DNA from: Trichosphaerium sp. ATCC 40318
Lineage: Eukaryota; Protista; Tubulinea
Assembly (NCBI GenBank): GCA_038496445.1
Contig: JALMLS010000455.1
Span: 186,001-250,000, forward strand
Direction of reading: 5' to 3'
Length of the DNA stretch: 64,000 nucleotides
Shown: positions 26,501-39,825 of the stretch, in pieces
Layout: each line of letters opens with the position of its first letter
How positions within the stretch are numbered: position 1 is the first letter of the stretch
Program-made: the position numbers and the translations under genes
The notes under the pieces: generated by a model
What the model was told of the DNA's origin: nothing
The model's input: only the letters and a program-made list of their open reading frames with translations
Database searches by the model: none

Positions 26501-29500
26501 CATCATTGTTGTAAGATCCTAAGAACACATCACTAACACTTTCTTATCAATATATTATTTTAGATTGACTTATCATTATCAATTATGGAGCAAAAGAAGC
26601 ACCTTAAACACTGGGTTCATACCCTTAGTAAGTTTTTGCGTGGCCAAGACGCAAAACTCTACTCAGTGATAGTATATGGATCCAAGTTGGATGTTCATGC
26701 AGGAGACTTAGAAGCTACTAAAAAAGCGCTTTTCTCCTTCAATAAGATGTCGTCAATGTACCTTACATTTTGCTTTGATGGTACTTGATTTATGTTAAAC
26801 TAAGCAAGTCTCTAATGCCGTTTTAACAGGTGTTCCCGATCTTGTGAAGAAATTGAAGCGTCAGGCAAAATACATGAAGTCTCAATACCCAAAAGTACCA
26901 ACCTTTTATTACGAAGTACAAAAAGCCTTGAAGAAAGCAGTTGTGAACAAAGATAGATTGGAGGGTAACATCATATCATTGTACGTTGATTGTATTTACA
27001 GAAACGCTGATGAATAACATGAAATAGTGAACAAGCCATCAAACTATTGCCCAAGACTTGTAAAATGGCTCCAATTGAGTTGGTTGCCTCGTTAAATTAC
27101 CTTCACTCTATTGGTAGCATTATGTTTGATGAGGTACTTCTGCTAGCCTAAAACCGTTTTTCTATGAGCTTGAACTTGATTTAATTATCTTCTAGTCATC
27201 ATATATGTTGTGTTTAGACCCTCCGATTCTATCTCGTATTATGAGTGTCTTTGTTGCTCCTACAGAACATTTGAGTAGACTGCTGAATGATGAGTCGCGA
27301 AATCACTGTGCTGTATTCACAGATGCAGAGGCCCATTACCGCATCTCTAAGGTATTTGAACTGTGTACAAAGGATGAAAAGAAGCAAATGAAGCAAGTGA
27401 AGCAAGTGATGAGATTCTTGGTTGAACTGTCGTTTTGTGTTTGCTTGACAAAAGAAGAAAAGGTAGCACTTTGTAACATGTTTATTGGCGCATTATTTAC
27501 TTACTGTGGTTAGAAAGTTTATGGCTCAGACGGATACATCATAATTTCGTTATTGCCAAAAGCTGATATGTTATACTTTCCGCCTGTGACAGAAAAGGAG
27601 TCCAGTATCAATCTTGTTAAAAAAGGAAACAAGGAATTATCCACATTTTCTGAAGTGTTTTACTTGAGCAAGTTGCCAACAGAGTGGAGGTTGCTATCAT
27701 TCATACCTAAAAAAGATGATAGCTTTGAGACCAAGACGATTGAAACAATCAAAAAAAATCCAAATACCCAAAAAATAGTACGTTTGAAACACGTGTTCTC
27801 TTTGTCTTTTCTCAATTTTTTCTTTGTTTTCTTGTTTATTGTTAGTATTGCTAACCACCCTTTTTAGTCACTTCCTGACATATATGAGCACCTATCAACC
27901 ACTTCAAAGTTCTTAGCATACCAAGTCAGCGAAACTTCCATAGACGTATTTAATAACTTGCAAACAAGATTAAGAGGTAAGCACCAAAATAACGTTTTAG
28001 CTATACTAACAAAATATCTAGAGTTCCGAAACAAAGAGTTTCGCCTATTTTCGAATCTGATTGTATTGAATGATTTTTATGGTAACACAATTGTGCTGTA
28101 CTACAATAACATTGCCATAAATATTGTCATCAGAGGCAAGGTGCCGTGGTTATGGAAGGTACGATAGCACAAATATCATAGTTAAGTATTGAAAATATTC
28201 ACATATGTTTAGAAATGTATTGGTTCGTACTTAGCACCATTGGAAGGTAAACCAGTACAGCTATGCCCTGTTAGTATTCAAAACGGCCGTGTTGTTGAAG
28301 CTTCAAAACCTCCATATACGTTTGAACAAACAGGTAACCACGAATTGAAGGTCAACTATACTTACAACAATCTGATAGGAGATATTGTCACTGCCTCTCA
28401 CTTGAAAAACGGCTTTCCTGTACTGCCAATAAGCCACAATAGGTTGTGGAGCAGTCTTCATGGCGAACAATTTTTAAAACAAGGCGATTGGAAAGAGAAT
28501 AAGAAAAAGTATCCAGGTTTGAGATGGACTTCTCTCACAAGCCACGAAACAACCAAAGTATGTCTGACACCTTTTCCAACTTGATATTATCTTTACTGAC
28601 TGATCTAAACAGGAGCGTTGTGACGAGTACTTGAGAGCTCGCAATATGTTCTACAAGTTTATGGGTACTGAGAGTGAGTCGTTCTTTACACTGGAAAAGA
28701 TTGTATTCTTTGACAATCAAACGCTTGAAGCTGCATTCCAAAAAAAATATGAACAGCTTGTTGCTAAAGTACTTCAATCTAAATCTTCAGGTAAGTGATA
28801 GAACATTTTATAGCAATTCTTATTAATCCACCATTTAGATATTAGCGATAGCAAATTGAATACAGTCGATAAAGATAAACTTGAAGCACAAGAACGGACA
28901 ATGAACCATTTGAAAAACTATATTCTCCTTGTTTCTGGTAATGAGCAAATCAATCTCATTGGTGGGTTTCATGGCGCAACAGAGGTACTATCATCATATT
29001 AAGTATTCCACTTATACGCATACATAGGACATCAGTTTCTTAATTGCGACCCACAACTTTAGAGAGCCAGGAAAGTTAAAAGACCAGAAAGATCCAGGAT
29101 TCTTTGGTACCAACATTTAAAATACCTTTTGTTTTCATGTACATGTTTAACTTACTGTGTTTCCAAGGGAAGGGTATCTACTTTACACAATACCCAGACT
29201 ATGGTACGTGTCTATAGTCATGTGATTGAAGTTAATAGAGCTGTTGTAGGAAAGGTGTTTGCTGAGTGGCACAAGACAGATACTCCTTGTATGTTGATAT
29301 CGTGGGTGATGATGGGAAAACCCTATCCAGCTACCGAAGTTCCAAACCCTAGTGATCCAAACAGTCTCTGTGGAAAAGGATGCAAGGTAATCCATTGAAA
29401 TTACCCATTAATTAGGCTAACAATGTAAAAATAGGATGGATACGATTCACACTATGCTATTGTTAAAAAAACAACTAGTGCTCGCAATTGCCATCCTTGT

Positions 29501-30161
29501 AAAAAAACCGAAAAGCCAGACTTTGATGAGATTGTTGTATTCTCCAACAAACAAGTACTAATTTGCCATAAGTATTATTTATTTAACTTTTTTGATAAGA
29601 TTCTCCCGAGATACCTTGTTTATTATCAAAGCACAAATACTATTAATCTATCACAGTTCAACACCAAGTACAGAGATGCAAAATGTCTCATCTTATGGGT
29701 TGATGATAACGTCTCTGACGAGAACAAAAATATTGTAAAGCTATTAAAAGCTCGGCCAAGGAAAACAGAGGTACAAAGAAATATAATATGTTGAAGGTTG
29801 ATAACACTCCAAAAGGTTATAGAAATGAAATCATCCTCAGAGGTATTGGCATGGCTTCAAAAGTTTAAAGGATATTGTAACAACAGGCTACGTATTATAA
29901 CAAACAGGTACCGTAAAGGTGATGGAGATGAGAATGCAGCAGAGCACTTGGTGAAAAGTATAATTAAGCAAAATAAGAAATGGAGTAAAATACCTATTCT
30001 TGTGTTTTGTGGTATGTGTGTCACAAAACTTGATTGCATTGATGTTAAACATTGCTCATATTTTGAATCTAGGTAACAAAGCGAGTGTCAAGTTTCTCAA
30101 AAAGAAATACAAGAATGTTTCAGTCACAGAAAATCCTGCAGACGTGTTAGCATTGAAATAA
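23555..30161 (+). CDS. Roco-family protein: MORN repeats - Roc GTPase - COR - PARP-like ADP-ribosyltransferase - receiver-like domain (one frameshift in the repeat array as assembled)
   Basis: MORN unit GKGEYYWPNGTKYIGDFVD. Roc: KLLVVGHGGSGKTT, STIG, DFAGQ, GSKLD. COR: VPTFY...LNYLHSIGSIM...LDP. ART: GFHG, GFFGKGIYFTQY, GYDSH, DEIVVF...ILPRYLV. REC-like: ILWVDDN...IITNRYR...IPILVFC. Confidence 0.85.
23800..25600 (+). repeat. Tandem 69-bp (23-aa) MORN repeat array, ~26-27 near-identical units
   Basis: Recurring aaatacat(c/t)ggtgactttgtggatg at ~69-bp spacing; one truncated unit near 24355. Confidence 0.95.
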
Positions 30162-30814
30162 GTGAGTAATCTACTAAACACAAAGATCACAGCTCATTGC
30201 AAATTCACTAGACTTTTATGCTACCACTCCCCTTCATTGAGTACTTACTATCTTGTCAGGATTCGAACCAGACAACAAATAGCCATGTAAAACTTTATAA
30301 AGCAAAGTCTTCGTTTTAGCTTTGCTTTATTTTTTTGTTTGGATTCGTGTTGAAAGTTCCCAAAAAAAAAGGAAAGAAACTCCCTCAACAAAAGAGTACT
30401 ATCGTACTTGGCTCCTTATATTGTTATTCTTGGTATACGTTATTGCATATTTAACCTGTACCAACGCAGTAGAGTGGTTCTTTACTTTCACCGACAAGTT
30501 CCGTATTGAGTTGTTTTGGTCAATTAAGGGTTGACCCGGATTATCTTTTTTGTTTCATTGTGGGCATTTATAGCACGGTTGTAACAACCAAGAAATATTT
30601 AGTTCAATTGCTGGCAATCGCCATACAAAGTCTAAGGTATGAAAATGGATTTGGCTATAAGGCTATGACCAATTTTTCGATAAGCATCCGTTATCTTTTT
30701 GAAACAAGTCCGAAAACTGCTTCTTTTCTAAAAAAACTCGAGTTGAAAGGAGTGTGAAAACGCTTGTCTTTGAAACTTGGTAGTAAGTGTGTAGTCTTAG
30801 GATATCCGTGTTTA

Positions 30815-32332
30815 TTACAAGTTGCATTTAAATACAGGTTTTCTTTTTTGAAAGAAAGCCATACTTGCTTCAGTAAGATCATCTGACATGAGATGAGTAG
30901 TGTTCCACATAGCAATATGATTTAATCCGTCTTCTGTAGTATGTTCTTGTGCGTAGTTCATTACAATTTTTGTTCCTTGAACAGCCAGTGGAGAATGAGA
31001 TGCTATGACAGTGCAAATCTGCGAAAAAAAATTAGTGTTATTGGCTGAAGTTTAATGAAATTGAGAGACTATTCAACTCTCGTGATTGAAAAATATCACA
31101 AGGTAGTCAAAAAAACAAGGTCATACAACTCTTGCAATCTCCTCCGGGAATCGAACCCGGGTTGGCAACGTGACAGGCTACCGTGCTAAACCACTACACT
31201 AAGGAGGATGTGTGTATAATTAGCTAGAGCTCTACCATCGTCCGCTCGTGAAACGGCATGGATGTTACAAAGAGTGTAATGCATGCGAAGTCTTTTCTTT
31301 TGAATAAAAAACCGAAAAAAAAAGGCATCTATCTTACCTTTAATGCTCCTTTAAGCATATCTTCCTTGTTCTCATATACTTGATTAACAAATCCGCTACT
31401 TAATGCTCTACCAGATTTGAGTGGTGCTGCAGTAAACGCCATCTCGCGTGCGAGACCCTTTTAAGAAAATTGAGTTAGAGATTTTCAGTTCTTACTATTC
31501 TTATCATCAAGAAACACGTGTTTACCTTTGGTACGACTTTTTGTATGCGTTGAAGTGTACCCAAATCAGCAACCATTGCAATAGCTGTCTCCTTTATAGA
31601 GAAGTATGCATCCCTGTTTTAAAACGTTATGTTAGAATTCACTCTTTGACAACTTACAAAAAACTAAGAAACTGGTTGAACTTACTTTGTACAGACTCTA
31701 AAATCTGCTGCGCAAATGACATCAACAGCACCACCAATACATGCGCCATGAATAGCAGCAATTACTTAGAGATCACAGTTAGTAACAGGCTTAAAGACGG
31801 TACTTTTGGATGGCAATACCTGGTTTTTTACACTTTTCAATGGATGATACTGCAGCTTGCCAGTTCAATATGTGAGTGTAAAGCTGATGTTTTCTAATCC
31901 CAAATGCGCCCATGTCGCTTGTCGCTGCTGCCAAGTCCAATCCGGCACAAAATAACTTGCCGTTCGCGTGGAGAACGATGGCACGTACCTAGGAGTTTTT
32001 GTAAGTGTCAGCGCACAAGTATTCGTTGTTTTAAGCGTAGAGACGGGCGCTGATGGCGACGTGGAACGGGAAACTGTATTTTACCGACTTTTGGTTTATT
32101 TCGTACGTTGATATCGTCTGCCAACGTGTCAAAAGTACTCCTGATCTCCATAAAGAGCTATTCCGAGTTAGTTTAAATTATCACGTTTAAACAAGCGTAT
32201 TTTACCTTGTGGTCCATCAAGTTAAGCTTTTTAGGCCTGTCAAGAATCTACAAGTCGTTATGAATGTACTTGCGTTTAAAACGTTACCACTTCAGCGATA
32301 TTGTTAGAAATTTTTACGGTTAACCTCTCCAT
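30815..32332 (-). CDS. ECH1: Delta(3,5)-delta(2,4)-dienoyl-CoA isomerase-like crotonase
   Basis: LDRPKKLNLM, VRAIVLHANGKLFCAGLDL, SIEKCKKP, AIHGACIGGAVDVICAAD, SPLAVQGTKIVMNYAQEH, IAMWN. Confidence 0.8.
31137..31208 (-). tRNA. tRNA-Asp(GTC), intronic in ECH1, with an imperfect acceptor end (possible pseudogene)
   Basis: TCCTCCT TA GTGT AGTGGTTTA GCAC G GTAGC CT-GTC-AC GTTGC CAAC CCGGG TTCGATT CCCGG AGGAGAT; T7 run ~20 nt downstream. Confidence 0.8.
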
Positions 32333-32615
32333 AGTGCGTTTACTAGATTTATAAAGTCAATTGACTTATACAGGTAGTTTTTGAGCTTTATGTGAATTCT
32401 TGACTTGAGTTGATAGTTTGTGTGGTGCTATGTACTGGAGACGCTCTATCGGTGTATCACAACGTGTAGCAGCTCAACGTTATAGATCTCGAGGCATAGG
32501 ACAGACAACAGACCAAGTACAAACCAAAATCCGCTTAAAACTCCAAAATCGCTCTTGCAGATATACACATACACTACCGACAGTCGAAAACACACAAATA
32601 AAAGAATTTGACACA

Positions 32616-35600
32616 ATGGCCGCTCCTGAACATGAACTTGTGGCAGAAACTCCTGATTGGAAGTCAACGTTAACTAGGTAATATTTCATTTAGTACACTG
32701 ACGTTTTAGTCTGTTTATTAAATGCTGACGCGTGTAGCATCATCCCAGCAGTGGTGGCAATGAAATTCTCCACTGTGAGAACTTTTGAAACGTCAAAAGT
32801 TGGCAGCGCGGCAGCTACAGGTAAGCGACGCTTCCGTTAGTGTTATTAACTACGTTGCAGGGTTTGTAGTTGACAAACAACGCGGAATCATACTTACGAA
32901 TCGCCATGTAGTTAAAACTGCTCCAGTAGTAGCGGAGGTGCGTCTAGTATAACCTAGTTAGCTTTACTCTTTTCGTTCGTTAAACGTTCTTGGCTGTACT
33001 TCATTTAATTATCCTGTACCGCCAAAGCGAAGTAAATCATGTATAAAAAGAGTTGCAACTTGTTTAAAATGCGTAGTGTTCTCTTGTTTTTTGTGAAACA
33101 TTGTTTTGTACTAACGCATTTTTCTTTAGGCTATATTTTTAGACCACGAAGAAGTTAGTGTAAGCAACATTAAAATACTTCGTTTTTATCTAATTTTTTC
33201 CTTTGTAGGTGTATCCCATTTATAGGGATCCAGTGCATGACTTTGGGTTTTATAGGTACGTGTGCAATCAAAAATAATTTATCACAAGAAAACTTTTCGG
33301 GTATTTTTTTTTTTTGATACAACAAGTGTCATATTTGTAATCATTCGCTTGATTTTTCCGAAAACAACGACGCAAGCGAAACTATACACTGTTTTCTTAT
33401 GCGCAGTGGCACTTTGAGAAATATTTCTTTTATTGTTATTCCAAAAACGCTTTTTTTTTTTGGACATGTTTTGTTTTTTTTGATCAAAAAAAAAGGTTCG
33501 ATCCAAAAAAAGTAAAGTTCATGGAGGTAACGGATATTCCACTTGCACCTCAAGATGCTGAAGTTGGTATGGAAATTCGTGTAGTTGGTAATGATGGCGG
33601 AGAAAAGCTATCTATTTTAGCTGGTGCGCTGTTTTTTCTGACTTTTTGAATAATTTACAATAAAAAGCTGAATTTGGAATGAACTTCGAACAATTTTGTT
33701 TTGTAATGTCTGACGTATTTTATCTAGGTACACTGGCAAGGTTAGATAGAAAATGCCCGAAATACTCTTATTACAGTGATTTCAACACATTTTACTATCA
33801 AGCAGCATCAGGCACATCTGGAGGGAGTTCAGGGTTCGTTTACTTGACCTCATCTCTATGAGAAGTCCACAAGTTGATAAAAAATAATAGATCACCTGTG
33901 GTTAGTATAAGCGGTAACGTGGTTGCAATGAATGGTGGCGGTAAGTATCACCTATTCTTTTTAGATGTCAGAATCCTTAAAACCAAACTCTGACAACAAA
34001 ATGGCTTTAGGTAAACGGTCTACAGCTGCATCTTTCTACGTACCACTTCACCGTGTGAAGAGATCACTTGAGTTACTACAAAAGGGAGAACCAATCCCAA
34101 GAGGAACATTACAAACAACGTTTTTGTAAGTACACTTCTTTTTTCTTCAAATTTTCTTCCGCTTTAGTACTATCGCTTGAACGATAACTTTGTACTTATT
34201 GTTATCTCATAGACATAAACCTTATAATGAACTTTCACGTCTGGGACTAGATAAAGAAACTGAGTCGTTTGTAAGAGAAGCAAAAAAGAAAGAAAATGGA
34301 ATGTTGGTCGTTGAAACTACTCTTCCAAAAGGCACGTGTTTATTTTTTTTGGTCCTACACTCACCAAAGAAATTATTGACTATGGGGATTAACCTACTTC
34401 TTTTAGGACCTGTCGATGGAAAAATTGAACCGGGAGACATCGTAATGTTTGTCAATGGAGAACTCGTCACAACTTTTTTGAGATTGGAAGAAATCCTTGA
34501 TAGCGCTGTTCATAAAACCATCAGCTTAGAAGTCCTGTACGATTAAATTAAGCTATAACTATATGTATATATACGCTAACAAGTATGAACTAAAGGAGAG
34601 GATCAAAGAGATTAACAGTTGAAGTAACAGTTGGTGATTTACATGCTATAACGCCTGACGAATTTATCCAAATCAGTCGCGGTATAGTTCACCAGATGTC
34701 ATATCAACAAGCAAGGCTATACTCGTTACCTATTGAAGGTGTTTTGGTTGCTAGCGAAGGGTATATGCTTTCAAAGGCAGGCATCTCGAAGGGTATAAAG
34801 GCCAAGTTTCTTCCTTTCAGTCATTCGCTGATTTACATAGATAATATTATTCTTTCTATTGGTTCTACACCTACGCCTGATCTTGACTCATTTGAAAAGG
34901 CAATACTATCGTTACCAGATGGAGAGAAAACGCCTATCCGATACTTTAGCGCCAAAGATAAGCATAGAAAGAAGGTAAACGTAAAAGTTGTTCATCAAGA
35001 ATATCAACTAATTTCTTTTTTAGGTATCTGTTCTAAAGGTACGTGACGAGTTATTTTTAAACAATTTTTGAAACTTGTTATTTTAATCAACCATCGTAGT
35101 GTGATAGAAAATGGAGTCCTATGTTACGATGGAAGAGAAATGATGCAACTGGTATTTGGGATATTAAGTACGAACTTACTTGAGTTTACAATGGGCTGCG
35201 TTTTGTATTTATTTAACTTCTTTAAGGACATGTGCCCCGCCTCCTGCGCCAGTACAACCTAAAGCCTTTGCTATTCCACCGTACTCATTAAACACAAAAA
35301 TTGGCAAAGACGTCACAGCTTCTTTGGTAACTGTGGCTTTTTGTTTCTTTCAGCTTTTCTATACTTCTCTGACACTCTTTAAGGTAACTGTGACGTTTGA
35401 TATGCCTTACATTATAGATGGAGCAGTAAGTAGTTCTTATATTGGGACTGGTAAGTCAGTCTTCACGTTGAGTCTTGGTGTTAAATGGTTTATGATTTTA
35501 CTAATATCTTTATCTCTAGGTGTTATAGTCGATGCTGAAGCAGGTTATGTGATTGTAGATCGAAATACAGTACCTAGTGCATTAGGTGATTGTGTTATCA

Positions 35601-37527
35601 TTTTTGGAGGAGCTGTTGAGGTACACAGTTTATTTTTTGTGTCGAGTTCTAAAGAAGAGTTTAGCTTGCCGCTGATGTATTTTATGTTGATCCAATACAT
35701 AATTTTTCTATCGTAAAATATGACTCTAGCTTGCTTATAAAGAGTGAGTTTAAGAGTATAGCTACTTCAAACAGTAGTGTTAACCCTGGCGATGTGTTAT
35801 ATTACATAGGTATAAACACAAAAAGAAACGTATGAACACCACAAAAAGGAAACAAAAAGTAGCAAAGTATTAATTTCTTGTAGCCTTTTTGGCAGAAAAC
35901 AGTTGTTACAAAAGTCGAGCAACTTTTCATTGGGGAGAGCTCAACTCCAAGGTTTAGAGCTATAAATGAAGATGTGATTCATTTGGAAAAAGCTCAAACA
36001 AGTGATGGAGGGGTTCTAGTAAACGAAGAAGGGTACAAAGAAAATACTCTTTTTGTTGACCTTTCTTAATTATTTACTCATAGAGCTGTTGTTGCTTTTT
36101 GGTCTTGCTATTTATCTACAAGTGGTGGTCAAGACGCACAGCTATTCCGTGGATTACCTGTACGCGTTGTTCTTGATGCTCTCGAGGCAATAAAGCAGAA
36201 AAAGGCACGTGAAGAATAACTCATCAGCCAGTTTTTTTTAACTCTTCAAAGGCTTTGAGGTCACTTGAAACTGAACTTTGGCCTATTACTCTCGATAAAG
36301 CCATAGGAAGAGGTCTTCCGCAAGATTGGGTTGACATATTTGCTGCCAATCCTCGTCGTAATGTGTTAAGTATGTCTAAAATGCTACACCATGTGAGCTT
36401 TACCTTTTCTAATGAACTTGGTGTGTAGGCATACGAAGAATTATTGCTGGCACAGCATCATCAAAGCTTCTAAAAGATGGCGATTTGTTATTGGCTATTG
36501 ACGGTAAACCAGTAAAGAATATTAGGTCCGCAAACAGCTAATCTACTTTGAATGTTATTGTTTTTTCCCCTTTGACAATATGTTTGTTCTTAGTTTTAAA
36601 ACCATTCTGACTTTGTTTTGAAATAGGGATGTTGAAGAAGGAACCCAAAAACCAGTTGTATCTTTATCTGTTCTTCGTGATGAAAAAATATCAACAATTG
36701 AAGTAGAAACGACACAATTGGATGGTTCTGGAACATCTCATATAGTATTTTGGTGTGGTGCACTACTTCAGGACTCTCATAGAGGAGTAGCACATAAAGG
36801 ATTCTTACCAAAAGGCGTTTACATATGGTACAAAAAAACTCTTTCTCTTTTTTTGTGGATTAGCTGTTTTCTATCCACAAAAAGAACTTCAACTATTTTT
36901 ACACCCTAAAAATACAATTGAAAGCATCCTTGTGTAAATTTTTTGATAGATAATTATACGAGAGTGTAGCCACAGTGATGTTTCAGAAAATATTTTGAAA
37001 CTAAGGAAGATGAAGCTTCTTTTTTCTTTGCAACTTTTTTTTGTCATTTTTTTTGATTTTATTCACTAGTCGATGGTTCTATGGATCTCCTTCTCAAAAA
37101 TATGGTCTTCGTGCTTCTTGTTGGATAACACATGTTGATGATACACCTACACCAAACCTAGAATCGTTTTTAAAAGTGATTCAAACACATAAGAATGGTC
37201 AGTTTGTCCGCTTGAAAGTGATGAGTTTTAAAGCAAATACACGTGTTCTGACATTAAAAGTTGATTACCATTACTGGTACGTAGATTTCTGAGCACATAA
37301 AAAAATGATACAAAGTCAATGAATGTACTAAAGTTTTTAGGCCTTCGTTTGAGCTCAGAAGAGAAAACTGTTCGTGGGTTCTTCACGAGATTGCCCTACA
37401 AGATTCTGAAGAGCCAAAAGCATTAGAAGAAAATGATAACCCTACACCAGAAGAAAATACCACCGTTACCACTGATGAAATGGCTAAAAAGGTGGATATC
37501 GCAGAATCAATAAATAATGACAAATAG
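32616..37527 (+). CDS. NMA111: Nma111/Deg7-type HtrA serine protease (duplicated protease-PDZ architecture)
   Basis: [73 protein letters not shown]; second pseudo-protease [19 protein letters not shown]. Confidence 0.93.
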
Positions 37528-37593
37528 AAAGAAATAATAAAAAACAATCTTGGCATTGCCATGGTTATTTATTCATTTTTACAGCAATGTTGT

Positions 37594-39658
37594 TTACTTC
37601 TTCATCATTTTTGATAACATCTGAGACATACCCAGCTTATTATGAAGCATTGACCTGTTCATATTTGGTGCTGAGTGACCTTGCCTCCGTACATTCTTCA
37701 ACATTTTACCCATCATCTAGTTCTTTATTTAAAAAAACGTTCAAGCAAAGATGTATTAACTGCGTACTTTATACTGATCAAACAACTGTTGTACTTCCTG
37801 AATTGATCTTCCAGAACCTTGAGAAATACGAGGATACCTCTCTTTTTTCACAAGAGATGGTTTTGCCATTTCTAGTTCGTGTAAGTTCAAATGTTGGGGT
37901 TTTTTTCCACTGTTGGTACCTTGATCTGTTAAAGAATCCATTACAGTGAGATGCTTCAAAAAAGCTTTAGAAGAATCATCAGGAAATTTTATATTATTGA
38001 ATCCAGGTAAGTCTCTACACACTACACAAAAAAGTCAATTCCGCAAGTACAACACGTGACAAAGCAGCGTTTTTTCTCCTATGTTTTTCTTGGATTTTTC
38101 TGTTTCGAACTTACTTTGACCCATGTTACCCATATCCATCATTTGCTCTAACATAGTACGCATAGCATACATGTCCCAATCGCCAGTGACAGCGTCACTC
38201 ATTGCCTGCTGTTTTGCTTTTGGAACTTGATTGAAAATCTTGGCAGCAGATTTAACACTTTGCATACCTAATAGCCTTCTTGCAAAGATATCCGCCTTTA
38301 AGTTTTATTAGTTGAAAACCATGTGCTTTAAACGGCCCTACATCAAACAATTCTATTTCTGTGAGCTTTTCACCGTTACCAATTGCTATTATTTGTGAAT
38401 CAGTAGCTGCAACCCTACGCTACTGTTAACGATAAATGGCCCACAACTAAAGTGTATTTGTACTTACGCGCTCAAAGCTCCTCCGCCTCTTGATGTGCCG
38501 TCCATCTTGGAAATAATGATGCCATCAATATGTAATGCGCTCTAACAAAACACTAAGAAAATATAGCATCACCTGTTTATCATTGTTACCTTAAAGGCAG
38601 CTGCTTGTTCGTAAACCATTTTACCCATGTTACCTTCCATAACCATAATTACCTTATCTGGTGTCTACCCTTACGCTTAGGATGATACGGGTAGTTGTAA
38701 ATAATAACGTACTATTGAAGCATGTATTTCTTTCATTTCTTCAATCAATTCTTCTGCTTGCATGTGTCTTCCTGACGTATCAATAAGAATAACCTCAAAA
38801 CCTGCTCCCTTGGAGAACTGTTAGCACTAAAAATCAGAATCAATCATTCTTACCTTGAATAAGTCAACACCTCTCTGGCATACCACAACAGGATCACGTT
38901 CATATTCACTACAGTGAAAGCGGTTTGTAAGGTTAAGCTGTCAACGAAATAGTATACTTACATTCCAAAGAAGTCTACTTTTGCACGTGCTGCATTTTGT
39001 TGTAATTGAGCGTATGAACCAGCGCGGAATGTATCTCCACATATTACAGCAGTACGTTTTCCTTGCTGACGGTATTTGTTTGCCATCTTTGTGAGTGTTG
39101 TAGTTTTACCAGCACCTGTAATCATTAGTTAGCATTCTAAAGAAATAGCTGCGCTTTATCGAAAGCCTTTTGTGAAAGCAAAAAACAACATTCATCAACC
39201 TCAGTTTTTACAATGTAACCAGGCAAAGTGCTGCTTGTTAGGTACATTCGCACATGGAAAAAAGTAAATCGGCGCACCTTGTAACCCTACAAACATAATC
39301 ACTGTTGATCCGATTGGATTCAACCTAAACTTAGGTTCTGAAGATTCGAGCATACCCCGCACTTCTTCCAGAATAATCTACGGTAATATGTTAAGAAGGA
39401 CGGAACAAGGACTTGTGTTAGTTTCCAACTTACTTGTTCTATTATTCGTCGTCGTGAAACAGCCTTTGCCATGTTATCAAGCTTGAGACGACCTTGGAGC
39501 TTCTTTCTTAGTTTTAATGTTATATCCATAGACACATCAGCCTCTAGTAAAGCGTTGCATATATCACCGAGGAGTTTTTGTATAACATCTGAGTTAATGA
39601 TTGTTGCCATTCTCATGTTATCGAAAGCCTTGTGTAATTGTGTTTTTAAAAACTCCAT
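37594..39658 (-). CDS. SRP54: SRP54-like signal recognition particle GTPase (divergent)
   Basis: ICNALLEADV, IMFVGLQGAGKTTT, DTFRAG, DTSGRH, SKMDGTSRGGGALSA; Met-rich M domain with RISQGSG. Confidence 0.85.
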
Positions 39659-39764
39659 GGTTGTATTGTATGTTGTATTGTTAACGTTTTGTGAAAAGGA
39701 AATACGTTGAAGAGGTCAAGTCAAGGACAATCTGGTCAGAAAACTGGTAGTTTTTTACATAAGT

Positions 39765-39825
39765 GATTACGTCATTTTTTATTTCGCCGTAATCGCAACA
39801 AGTCAAGTCACGTCACGTCAAGTCT
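39765..39825. promoter_or_regulatory. Cluster of CGTCA/GTCA motifs upstream of the SRP54-like gene
   Basis: ttacgtca and aagtcaagtcacgtcacgtcaagtc lie ~110-165 bp upstream of the ATG and resemble bZIP/CRE half-sites. Confidence 0.3.
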
